Origin: Candidatus Electrothrix sp. GW3-4 | Lineage (GTDB): Bacteria; Desulfobacterota; Desulfobulbia; Desulfobulbales; Desulfobulbaceae | Assembly (NCBI RefSeq): GCF_037902255.1 | Contig: NZ_CP147990.1 | Span: forward strand, 2,250,001 to 2,282,000 | Direction: 5' to 3' | Length of the DNA stretch: 32,000 bases | Shown: in pieces, positions 1-8,405 of the stretch | Layout of the letters: each line of letters starts with the position of its first letter | How positions within the stretch are numbered: position 1 is the first letter of the stretch | Made by a program: the position numbers and the translations under genes | The notes under the pieces: generated by a model | Database searches by the model: none | Told to the model about the DNA's origin: nothing | The model's input: the letters and a program-made list of their open reading frames with translations, nothing else

Positions 1-429
1 GGCGTTATTGGCATTTTGTCGTGCTCCATGAACAGCACTATGCCGTTCACACAGGACTCAATGCTGCTGATGAGGAACTCCTGCATATCTTCGGAGTGCT
101 CCAAAACAGCAAAAAAATTATCAAAGAGTGGAGTCGGTAACATGGGTGTGACACGGCTTGAGCTGCTGAAGATGCCCGAAGCCCAACGCCGGGCTTATGA
201 AAAATACCTAATCAATAAAGCCGTCAAGAAAGATATGCTCGAATCGGCATACGAGAGAGGCTTTGAAGAGGGTATTGCGAGAGGGATCAGAGAGGCAGGT
301 AGGGCGAAAGGAAAACTTGAGGTAAAAAGAGAGATTGCGGTTAAACTGCTTGCTTCGGGAAGTTTAGAGATAGAGGCTATTGCGGAAGTTACGGGGTTGT
401 CGATTGAAGAGCTTCAGGGGTTGCAGTAG
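1..429 (+). CDS. Rpn-family recombination-promoting nuclease / PD-(D/E)XK putative transposase, C-terminal part (5' end lies outside the window)
   Basis: The frame is open from base 1. The tail ...RLELLKMPEAQRRAYEKYL..ERGFEEGIARG..EIAVKLLASGSLEIEAIAEVTGLSIEELQGLQ is the typical C-terminus of Rpn/transposase_31-type proteins (recognised from memory). Confidence 0.55.
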   Translation, partial: GVIGILSCSMNSTMPFTQDSMLLMRNSCISSECSKTAKKLSKSGVGNMGVTRLELLKMPEAQRRAYEKYLINKAVKKDMLESAYERGFEEGIARGIREAGRAKGKLEVKREIAVKLLASGSLEIEAIAEVTGLSIEELQGLQ

Positions 430-458
430 GGTAATCTCTATGCGGAGGGCAAATAAGC

Positions 459-617
459 ATGAACAAGAACTCTATTTCAAAAACCTCTACAGATGAATAC
501 CCTCAAGTGACGCAAGCAGATTTCGACCGGGCTGTTTTGCGCCGGAACCTCGAACCTGATGAAGAAAAACAGCGCATTACTCTTGTGCTTAATGGAGTAA
601 AGAAGCGGGGAAAATAA
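459..617 (+). CDS. Small 52-aa ORF, possibly a truncated BrnA/DUF4415-like antitoxin remnant
   Basis: ATG at 459, TAA at 615-617; too short for the supplied ORF track. ..DEYPQVTQADFDRAV..KQRITLVL resembles the N-terminal/central part of DUF4415 proteins. The C-terminal RHH part is absent and no toxin partner is present. Confidence 0.25.
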   Translation: MNKNSISKTSTDEYPQVTQADFDRAVLRRNLEPDEEKQRITLVLNGVKKRGK

Positions 618-634
618 ATAAAGGAGAAGCATCA

Positions 635-1603
635 ATGAAGTTCTTCAGGCATATTGTAATGTTGGCGATAGTTTTCTTTCTGGCAGCAGTTTGCGATGCA
701 TCCGCTTATGAAGCCGAGATCAAGAAAATGTCCGCAACAATGGCGGAAAAAATCTCCGCGACGGAAAAAGACAAAATAGCTGTTGTGGATTTCACCGACC
801 TTCAGGGGGATGTAACAGAGCTTGGCCGATTCGTTGCTGAGGAGTTTTCCGTTGCTCTTGCCGGTGCGGGCAAAGGATTCAAAGTTGTAGACAGAACTCA
901 TCTCAAAAGCATTATCAAAGAGAACAAGCTGTCCGCAACCGGGTTGATAGATCCTGCGACTGCAAGAAAACTGGGAAAGATTGTCGGGGTGGAAGCCTTG
1001 ATTACCGGGACGCTTACGCCGTTCGGAGACAGTGTGCGGATCGCCGTTAAAATTCTGGATTCCTCCACTGCGGAAGTCGTTGATGCAATAAGTGGGAATA
1101 TTGCCAAGACAGAGGCCGTTAAGGATTTACTTGCCACCAACCTTATCTTCAGGAAAGGGCCTCCTAGTGACACAGGGGAAGGTGAGCCGGGGAAACCTCT
1201 GCAAACGGTTGAAGCTGGAGGCTTACTCGTTCAGCTTATGGGTGGAAAATTATCCAATGGGAATTTAACATTTTCTTTTTTGATCATTAGTCCTAAACAA
1301 GATAAAAAAGTTTATATGTTGACTAATCACAGTTCAAGAATATTTGATTATGAGGGCAATGAATACGAAGCGATAAAGGGTCAGATCGGTTATTCAGAAC
1401 GTAGCTCTAGAGCTATAGAAAAAAATATTATTGCGGGAGTTCCCATCAAATCAAGCATCAGCTTTGAAAATATTCCTCCAAAAATAACAGGGGTAGCACT
1501 GCTTGAAGTTAACTTTATTGATTTCACAGCTCAATTCCACAATATTTCCCTGTCTAAAAGGAGTAATAATAGCTCTGCTCAGTTATATGCAGGATCGGAG
1601 TGA
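635..1603 (+). CDS. Secreted protein or lipoprotein with a CsgG/LpoB/FlgO-like N-terminal domain and an uncharacterised C-terminal domain
   Basis: AGGAG lies 8 nt upstream of the ATG. N-terminal signal peptide MKFFRHIVMLAIVFFLAAVCDASA. The pattern IAVVDF..LG..VAEEF..AL..FKVVDRTHL..IIKENKLSATGLIDPATARKLGKIVGVEALITGTLTPFGDSVRIAVKILD..TAEVV matches the CsgG/LpoB/FlgO-type fold signature. Confidence 0.6.
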   Translation: MKFFRHIVMLAIVFFLAAVCDASAYEAEIKKMSATMAEKISATEKDKIAVVDFTDLQGDVTELGRFVAEEFSVALAGAGKGFKVVDRTHLKSIIKENKLSATGLIDPATARKLGKIVGVEALITGTLTPFGDSVRIAVKILDSSTAEVVDAISGNIAKTEAVKDLLATNLIFRKGPPSDTGEGEPGKPLQTVEAGGLLVQLMGGKLSNGNLTFSFLIISPKQDKKVYMLTNHSSRIFDYEGNEYEAIKGQIGYSERSSRAIEKNIIAGVPIKSSISFENIPPKITGVALLEVNFIDFTAQFHNISLSKRSNNSSAQLYAGSE

Positions 1604-1925
1604 TGTCACTAAACCTGTTGATCAGGCTGATCCGCCTCCGTCGGCTGAACATACAGTAGCGAAGGAATATTATACACTGTTCGAGCATCAGTCTCTGTTT
1701 ACTCAGGAGGCTCGAACTAACCTATCGGTTAGTTTTCAGAATATTGAGGGGGAGGAATTTGTCAGCCTCAATATTGCTCCCACAGGTAAAGATGCATCTG
1801 TTCGTGCCGTGTTCAAGGGATATACGGAAGAATTCACGTCTTCATCCGGTATATTCAATGTCCAAGTGCTGGATATTGATTACAGGAAGCGAAAGGTTGC
1901 CATTCGGGTCAGTCGAAAAAAATAA
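1587..1925 (+). CDS. Hypothetical 112-aa protein
   Basis: The first ATG in the 1503..1925 frame is at 1587 and overlaps the end of the upstream gene. No family recognised. Confidence 0.4.
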   Translation: MQDRSDVTKPVDQADPPPSAEHTVAKEYYTLFEHQSLFTQEARTNLSVSFQNIEGEEFVSLNIAPTGKDASVRAVFKGYTEEFTSSSGIFNVQVLDIDYRKRKVAIRVSRKK

Positions 1926-1965
1926 AGATAGCGTATAACCAACAACCTCAACCCCACACAACATC

Positions 1966-2286
1966 ATGAGCAAAATGACAGAAGCAAAAAAACGAGATTT
2001 TGTCACGCAGATCATCACTCTTGTTGAAGAAAACCAGGAGGTGTTGACCGACAAAGGCTTTGACCCCACTGAGCGGGTTGACGAACTTAAAAACAAGAAA
2101 ACTACTGCCGACACAGCGGAAATTGAACAGCAGGAAGCGGCTGCCAAGGCCAAAGAGGCCACAGCTGAGGCCAACCGCACTCTGGATGACGCCTATAACG
2201 ACGCCTCCGACTTTGCCGACCTGATCTCCGGTCTGCTGGGCAAAGATGACGAGTTGGTCAAGAAGATGCGGAAATTCAGAAAATAA
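1966..2286 (+). CDS. Hypothetical 106-aa protein, likely helical and rich in charged residues
   Basis: Clean ATG ORF with sequence MSKMTEAKKRDF...KKMRKFRK. No family recognised. Its stop lies 5 bp before the tandem array. Confidence 0.55.
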   Translation: MSKMTEAKKRDFVTQIITLVEENQEVLTDKGFDPTERVDELKNKKTTADTAEIEQQEAAAKAKEATAEANRTLDDAYNDASDFADLISGLLGKDDELVKKMRKFRK

Positions 2287-2290
2287 CTTT

Positions 2291-2644
2291 CCTTGGTACG
2301 CACCTTCATCCCCCATTGACGCAGCGTTCTCCCCAAGGGGCGAAGAGTAATCCCCTGGTGACGCAAGTCTATCCCCAAGGGGATCATGCTTGGTCACAAG
2401 GTACGAAGCATTATCCCCTAGTGACGAAAGACCATCCCCAAGGGGATTATGTTCCGTCACAGGTGACGAGGCCCTACCCCCCCGGTGACGCAAGGCTATC
2501 CCCCGGTGACGCAAGGCTATCCCTCGGTGACGAACGATTATCCCCAAAGGGATCGTAGCCGGTCACAAGGTACGAGGGCTTATCCCCTTGTGACGCATGA
2601 CAATCCCCAAGGGGAGAAAGATTGTCCCTGAAAAGCGTGACCAC
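2291..2644. repeat. Degenerate tandem array, about 17 units of 20-22 bp, consensus roughly TCCCCNNGGTGACGCAAGGCTA, with a 63-64-bp higher-order repeat
   Basis: Read directly. TCCCC/CCCC cores recur every 20-22 bp. An exact 21-bp duplication covers 2482-2523. Palindromic cores ATCCCCAAGGGGAT are at 2371-2384 and 2434-2447. T-run at 2645-2650. Confidence 0.9.
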
Positions 2645-2780
2645 CTTTTTTCTGTCAATTCATGGCAGATTGCGGAATAATGGGGCGAACGGTATGTCCT
2701 GATTTCAGGACGCGGGTCGCATCGCGCGGTCTCCTGTTGAATCGAACAAGATGTTGAGAGAATAGCTGAATTCACTAAAA

Positions 2781-3593
2781 ATGACCGAGCAAAATAATCA
2801 TTCCATCCTTGAAGTGCAGGATCTCACGATGGACTTCGGTGGTATCAGGGCCTTGGACAACCTCAACATCCGGGTTCGCCAAGGGGAAATAGCCGCCCTG
2901 ATTGGCCCAAACGGCGCAGGCAAGACCACCTTTTTCAACTGCTTGACTGGGATTTACAAGCCGACTGCTGGCAATCTCCTCCTGACCCCGCCCGGACAAG
3001 ACACAAAACGACTCAACGGCTTAAAACCCAATCAGGTGACGGTGCAAGGACTTGCCCGGACTTTTCAAAATATCCGCCTCTTCCCTGATATGAGTGTCCT
3101 GGAAAACGTCATGATCGGTTGCCATTGCCGAACCAAGGCCAGGGTGCTCGGAGCAATCTTTCGCAATAAGCGAACAATTAAGGAAGAAAAAGAGGTCATT
3201 GCCCGTTCCTTTGCCCTCTTAGAAAAAGTCGGTCTCGCCGAGCTGGCCAATGAATTTGCCAAGAACTTACCCTATGGAGCGCAGCGCAGGCTGGAGATAG
3301 CCAGAGCACTGGCAACTGAACCCGCTCTCTTGCTGCTTGATGAACCGGCAGCCGGCATGAATCCCCAGGAGACCGGAGAACTGGACGAACTGATTACCGA
3401 GATTCGTAATGACGGTATTTCTATCCTGCTCATTGAACACGATATGAAACTGGTAATGAGCCTATCCGACCATATCTTTGTCATGGATTACGGCAAAAAG
3501 ATCGCGGAAGGTACGCCGAACAAGGTCCGCAATAATCCAGAAGTGATTAAGGCCTATCTTGGGGAAGACATGGAAGAATTTCATGATATATAA
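2781..3593 (+). CDS. livG: Branched-chain amino acid ABC transporter ATP-binding protein (LivG type)
   Basis: Walker A GPNGAGKTT, signature LPYGAQRRLEIARAL, Walker B LLLLDEPAAGMNPQE, and the LivG-specific insertion after the Q-loop. No livH/M/F gene is adjacent. Confidence 0.85.
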   Translation: MTEQNNHSILEVQDLTMDFGGIRALDNLNIRVRQGEIAALIGPNGAGKTTFFNCLTGIYKPTAGNLLLTPPGQDTKRLNGLKPNQVTVQGLARTFQNIRLFPDMSVLENVMIGCHCRTKARVLGAIFRNKRTIKEEKEVIARSFALLEKVGLAELANEFAKNLPYGAQRRLEIARALATEPALLLLDEPAAGMNPQETGELDELITEIRNDGISILLIEHDMKLVMSLSDHIFVMDYGKKIAEGTPNKVRNNPEVIKAYLGEDMEEFHDI

Positions 3594-3647
3594 CAACATA
3601 ACAGACTCTATTCCGTCCTCCTGGGGCGGAATAATAAAATACACATA

Positions 3648-5006
3648 ATGAGTAAACACGTTTATATAAAGACCTTTGGCTGCCAGATGAATGAGCGGGA
3701 CTCGGAAATCATGGCTCAGCTCCTGGCCCAATCCGGCTATATCCCGGTGGCGGAACAGACAGATGCTGATCTGGTGATCCTCAACACCTGTTCCATTCGC
3801 GCCAAGGCGGAACAAAAAGTCTTCAGCCTGCTCGGATCGCTCCGTAAGCAGAAAAAACAGCAACCGGAACTCCGCATCGCCGTGGCAGGCTGTGTGGCCC
3901 AGCAGGAAGGCGAACAGATCTTCCGCCGCATGCCCCATGTAGATATCGTGGTGGGCACCCAGCAACTCTATCAACTCCCGGAAATGCTCGGGCGCCTTGA
4001 ACGAAACGAAACGAAACGAGAGATTTCCTGCAATCTGGACAAGGAATTTACCATCCCTCCCTTCCAACGATTGCTTGAGGATGCCCCTCATCAGCTCGCA
4101 GCGTTTCGCAAATTCGTCACCATTATGCAGGGCTGTAATAATTATTGCAGCTATTGTGTAGTGCCAAGCACCCGTGGACGGGAGATCAGCAGACCGGTCG
4201 CAGATATTCTGGAAGAAGTACGCCTTCTCGTGGCGCGGGGTATCAAGGAGATCACCCTGCTGGGCCAGAACGTTAACTCTTATGGCTGCACCAATGCGGT
4301 TGCTGAAGAGCCCACTGGCTTTGCTGACCTGCTCACAATGGTTGCGGCAGTACCAGGGGTACAGCGACTCCGCTTTACCACCTCAAATCCCCAGGATCTC
4401 TCCACCGAGCTGATGCAATGCTTCCGTGATCTCCCCAACCTCTGCCCACAGTTTCATCTCCCCGTGCAGGCCGGTTCCAATGCCGTGCTCAAACGAATGA
4501 ATCGCAAATACACCAGAGAGCTGTACCTGGAAAAGGTTGCAGAGTTGCGCTCCTATTGCCCGGACATCGCCATAGGTACCGATGTTATAGTTGGCTTTCC
4601 CGGCGAAACAGAGGAGGATTTTGAGCAGACCATGGATCTGCTGGAGACCGTGCGCTTTCACGGTTCCTTCTCCTTTAAGTATTCAGACCGACCCCATACC
4701 CGCTCAACGGATTTCAGTGATAAGGTCGAGGAGCAGGTAAAAGGTGAACGGCTCCAGCGCTTTCAAAACCGCCAGGATGCCATCAGTCTGGAGCGCAATC
4801 AGGAATTCCTTGGTAAGACCGTTGAGGTTATGATTGAAGCCAACAGATCATCTGGAAGCCAAGGCCGAACAGGGACAAACCATATTGTTCACTTTACCTC
4901 CCCCACCAACCTCCTGCCCGGTGACCTCGCTCTTGTCACGATCACCCATGCAGGCCAGCACTCCCTCAAAGGAGAACTGGCAGATAAAGAAAAATCTAAT
5001 CGTTAG
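3648..5006 (+). CDS. miaB: tRNA-2-methylthio-N6-dimethylallyladenosine synthase (radical SAM methylthiotransferase)
   Basis: N-terminal YIKTFGCQMNERDSE, radical-SAM motif CNNYCSYCVVP, C-terminal TRAM region. Length is 452 aa. Confidence 0.92.
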   Translation: MSKHVYIKTFGCQMNERDSEIMAQLLAQSGYIPVAEQTDADLVILNTCSIRAKAEQKVFSLLGSLRKQKKQQPELRIAVAGCVAQQEGEQIFRRMPHVDIVVGTQQLYQLPEMLGRLERNETKREISCNLDKEFTIPPFQRLLEDAPHQLAAFRKFVTIMQGCNNYCSYCVVPSTRGREISRPVADILEEVRLLVARGIKEITLLGQNVNSYGCTNAVAEEPTGFADLLTMVAAVPGVQRLRFTTSNPQDLSTELMQCFRDLPNLCPQFHLPVQAGSNAVLKRMNRKYTRELYLEKVAELRSYCPDIAIGTDVIVGFPGETEEDFEQTMDLLETVRFHGSFSFKYSDRPHTRSTDFSDKVEEQVKGERLQRFQNRQDAISLERNQEFLGKTVEVMIEANRSSGSQGRTGTNHIVHFTSPTNLLPGDLALVTITHAGQHSLKGELADKEKSNR

Positions 5007-5149
5007 ATCATCACTGAGACGCACTCCATACACGAACCCTACTGCGTGATCGCCCTTACTCCTTCGCATGGAGGACATGGGTTACGCAAAACGATACAGT
5101 CAACCACAACAGGTTGGAGAGACAGAATTTTACCCTGAGAAAATTTTTT

Positions 5150-5806
5150 ATGCCGCTAGCTCTTTTTGATCTTGATAACACACTCCTCGCTGGTGACAGC
5201 GATTATGAATGGGGCCGCTTTCTCATCAAAAAAGGCCTGGTTGATGAGATCTATTATGAAGCGGAAAACAACCGTTTCTATGAACAATATAAGCAGGGAC
5301 ACTTGAATATTTATGAGTTTTCCGCATTCAGTTTTCAGCCGCTGGCAGAACGCAGCATGGAAGAACTGCAAGCGCTCCACGCAGAATTCATGCAAGAAGT
5401 TATTGAACCGATGATCGGCCAGCGTGCTCAGGACTTGGTTGATAAACATAAACAACAAGGCGATACCGTGATGGTTATCACGGCAACCAACAGCTTTATC
5501 ACCGGCCCTATTGTTCGGGCCTTTGGCATAGAACATCTCTTGGCAACAGAGCCAAAGATCGTTAAGGGTCGCTATACGACAGAGATTGATGGAATCCCCT
5601 GTTTTCATGAGGGCAAGGTCCAACGCCTGGAAAACTGGCTGTCAGCAAACAAGATGTCATTGCAAGGGAGTTGTTTTTACAGTGACTCAATCAATGATCT
5701 TCCCTTACTGGAAAAGGTAGAAACCCCTATCGCCGTAGATCCGGATGAAAAATTGGCTCCCCTTGCCCGCCACAGAGGATGGAAATGTATTTCACTGCGC
5801 GATTGA
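5150..5806 (+). CDS. HAD-IB family hydrolase (phosphoserine phosphatase-like)
   Basis: Motif I FDLDNTLL, ITATN, and SDSINDLPLL (motif IV). The start is placed at ATG 5150 rather than the upstream TTG at 5114. Confidence 0.8.
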   Translation: MPLALFDLDNTLLAGDSDYEWGRFLIKKGLVDEIYYEAENNRFYEQYKQGHLNIYEFSAFSFQPLAERSMEELQALHAEFMQEVIEPMIGQRAQDLVDKHKQQGDTVMVITATNSFITGPIVRAFGIEHLLATEPKIVKGRYTTEIDGIPCFHEGKVQRLENWLSANKMSLQGSCFYSDSINDLPLLEKVETPIAVDPDEKLAPLARHRGWKCISLRD

Positions 5807-6049
5807 TTCATACCCTGCCCTGAGAAGGGGCTCCAGGAAAGGATATTGTTTTTTTCAAAAGTCTTTTTTTTATGGACAGCGCTTTATTTTCTACATACCT
5901 TATAAAGTGAATCCTAACTTCTTGATGACAATGTCGCGGCATCACCTTATGTCATATTTTTTCTTTTGGTTGAATACATACTCTGCCAATTAACGCACCG
6001 ACAAGAAAACTCCCCTCAACAGGAGGATCTGTTACAGCTTACTGAATCC

Positions 6050-7396
6050 ATGGATAAACAGAAGGTCAAAATTTTAATTGTAGACGACGAACAAGTCCAC
6101 AGGTACATGCTCTACTCCATGCTGACGGAATGGGGCTGGTCATGTCAGGAGGCGGATGATGGTGAGACAGCGGTAGAAGCAGTACGACAGGGACCTTTTG
6201 ATGTCATCCTTCTGGATGTCTGCATGGAACCAATCGATGGTTTAGAGGCTCTACGCCAGATACACGCCATTAATCCATCGATTCCTGTCGTTATGATGAC
6301 GGCCTACTCCTCAATAGATTCGGCTGTTGAGGCAATAAAACTCGGTGCCCATGATTACCTGACCAAGCCCATAGATTTTGAGCGACTTCGCCAAACCCTG
6401 GAAGTTGCTATGGGGCATCGTCAGCAACCGGACAAGACAGAGCTCTCTGAAAAACCCTTTGGCGAAGACGGGAGAATCATCGGCTCTTCAGCTCCGATGC
6501 AGGCCCTTTGGGAAATGATCGTCCAGGTTGCGCCCACAGAGGCCACAGTCCTGATCACTGGTGATTCAGGCACTGGAAAGGAGCTCGTCGCCTCTGCCCT
6601 CCATTATAAAAGTCAGCGAAGAAAGGGGCCCTTTATCAAGGTAAACTGTGCTGCTCTTTCTGAAACCCTCTTGGAATCCGAGCTCTTTGGCCATGAAAAA
6701 GGGGCGTTTACAGGGGCGGATCGGCGCCGCGAGGGCTGTTTTGTCCAGGCCCAGGAGGGCACGCTCTTTCTTGATGAAATAGGCGAAACAACCCCGGCCA
6801 TGCAGGCAAAACTCTTACGGGTCCTTCAGGAGCACGAACTCCAGCGAGTCGGTGGGCAAGAGGTCATTCAAGTTGATGTGCGTATTGTCACAGCCACCAA
6901 CCGGGACCTGGAAGCTGAGGTAAAGGCAGGTACTTTTCGGGAAGATCTTTATTACCGGCTCAATGTTGTGGCCCTGGATATGCCTTCGTTATGCGATCGT
7001 GACGGTGATATTCCTTTGCTCGCTGAGTATTTCCTGGCCAATTTTGCCAAAAGAAACAAGCGGGAGGTGCAGGGAATAACCCCAGAATGCATGGATATAC
7101 TGAATCGCTATCCCTGGCCTGGCAATGTCCGCGAACTGGAAAATGCTATCGAACGGGGTGTTATCCTCATGCGGGGAGAGTATCTTGATCTTGAGAGCCT
7201 GCCTATGGCTGTGCAAAACTGGGCAGGTATGCATCCGAAAAAGGAAGAAGAACAACCGTCCACCCTCAGAGAGGCAGAGCGAGTTCTCATCCTGAAAACC
7301 CTTGAGGAAACCAACGGAAATCGCAGTGAAGCAGCCCGCCGCTTACAGATTACGCGCAAGACCTTGCTCAATAAACTTAAAAGGTATGGGGTATAA
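6050..7396 (+). CDS. Sigma-54-dependent Fis-family response regulator (NtrC class)
   Basis: Receiver domain ILIVDDE..DVILLDVCMEPIDG. AAA+ domain with GDSGTGKE and GAFTGA motifs. C-terminal HTH NRSEAARRLQITRKTLLNKLKRYG. The start at ATG 6050 is uncertain. Confidence 0.9.
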   Translation: MDKQKVKILIVDDEQVHRYMLYSMLTEWGWSCQEADDGETAVEAVRQGPFDVILLDVCMEPIDGLEALRQIHAINPSIPVVMMTAYSSIDSAVEAIKLGAHDYLTKPIDFERLRQTLEVAMGHRQQPDKTELSEKPFGEDGRIIGSSAPMQALWEMIVQVAPTEATVLITGDSGTGKELVASALHYKSQRRKGPFIKVNCAALSETLLESELFGHEKGAFTGADRRREGCFVQAQEGTLFLDEIGETTPAMQAKLLRVLQEHELQRVGGQEVIQVDVRIVTATNRDLEAEVKAGTFREDLYYRLNVVALDMPSLCDRDGDIPLLAEYFLANFAKRNKREVQGITPECMDILNRYPWPGNVRELENAIERGVILMRGEYLDLESLPMAVQNWAGMHPKKEEEQPSTLREAERVLILKTLEETNGNRSEAARRLQITRKTLLNKLKRYGV

Positions 7397-7464
7397 AACC
7401 TGAAGAAGCGTCTTCCTCGATACGGCACAGCCTCTTCTCCCTCCCGTGGTTGCGGCCCAAGACT

Positions 7465-8223
7465 TCATGTCTCTCTCCTGATCCCTCTCTCCTCATAGAG
7501 AATCAGAAAAACCAGCAGCGCAATAAAAAGTCCTACATGGGCCGCAAGAAGTAAAGTAGCAGTAAAAAAAGAGGTGGCAAAGCCCCCTTTCTGGATTTTG
7601 AGATCATTACGTGCAAAAAAATTTTCCTGAAACTTCTTCTTATCGGCCTTCGTCGGTTCATATAGGGTGTAGGCATCTGATTCATTTTTAAACGGCAAGA
7701 CCACGCCATGCCGCTGGTAAATCAGTTGCGCTGCAATCCTTCTCTTATTGCCTGTCACGGCAGTCACCAAATATTCGGCCAATTCCGGCTGCATTCCTGT
7801 GCTGAGCTCATCGGATAGTTGCTGCTGTATGGCAAAGCTGCCACGCATTATCACCATTAAAAAAGAGACATTGACGATGAATATCCCAAGAAAGAACAAC
7901 GCCAGGTATTTGCTTTTCCCTCTGTTCGCCGCAACCTGCCAAAAACTGACCGGAAGAAAAACAGAGAGAAGTACTACCAGGGGAAATTGAATCATATCCT
8001 GTTTCAGGAACTCAGGAAAGAGCCTGTAACCAAACAGAAAGAAAAACCATATAAAAACTGTTATTCCAGGAAGTTTCTTCATATTCTTTAAGTAAACTGC
8101 GTGCAGGAGTAGAGGTTTTTCAGCCTGCCGTCTTAACGGGGCAGCCCAAGAAGGATGAAACGAGATAAAGCTTGCAGTGTACCCTTTCGGCGGCTGAACA
8201 GACAGCTTTTTTCTCAGCATCAC
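7465..8223 (-). CDS. Hypothetical integral membrane protein (start uncertain: GTG 8223, ATG 8220 or ATG 8082)
   Basis: Several hydrophobic segments (ITVFIWFFFLFGY, LVVLLSVFLPVSFW, LALFFLGIFIVNVSFLMVI, LLLAAHVGLFIALLVFLIL). Convergent with the response regulator gene. Confidence 0.5.
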   Translation of the reverse strand: MMLRKKLSVQPPKGYTASFISFHPSWAAPLRRQAEKPLLLHAVYLKNMKKLPGITVFIWFFFLFGYRLFPEFLKQDMIQFPLVVLLSVFLPVSFWQVAANRGKSKYLALFFLGIFIVNVSFLMVIMRGSFAIQQQLSDELSTGMQPELAEYLVTAVTGNKRRIAAQLIYQRHGVVLPFKNESDAYTLYEPTKADKKKFQENFFARNDLKIQKGGFATSFFTATLLLAAHVGLFIALLVFLILYEERGIRRET

Positions 8224-8405
8224 TCTCTGTCCCTAAAAAAGAGCGCTATAGCTGCTTGTTGCCTTTTTTCTATTGCCAGATCTCTAAGGATTTTATATAT
8301 ATTATAAGTAAAAAAAATTTTACCTTTTTTTATCCAGGTAGAATGCAGTTCGTCCGAAACTACGGGCAATGAGATAAACTTCACAGAACAAGGAGAGTGA
8401 GAACC

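Noticed and set aside
1948-2558. ORFs reading through array 1 (1948..2547 minus, 2316..2558 plus, 2193..2387 minus), giving HRGIALR / SPGDARL-type repeats
   Set aside because: The unit length varies between 20 and 22 bp, so the peptide repeat changes frame between units. The 199-aa minus ORF is also antisense to the better-supported 1966-2286 gene. The plus ORF starts at TTG with no RBS.
2291-2644. CRISPR array interpretation of either tandem array
   Set aside because: The repeats are directly abutting with no unique spacers. The units are only 21 bp and degenerate. No cas genes are present.
2291-2644. CsrA/RsmA-sponge RNA (the array resembles CsrB in length and repeat count, and has AAGGGGAU motifs)
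   Set aside because: The conserved cores are TCCCC and GGTGACG, not A(N)GGA. GGA-containing versions occur in only about a third of the units and would lie in 2-nt loops of the palindromes. The idea is retained only as a remote possibility.
3462-4091. 209-aa minus-strand ORF spanning the livG-miaB junction
   Set aside because: It is antisense to two well-supported genes and has no recognisable motifs.
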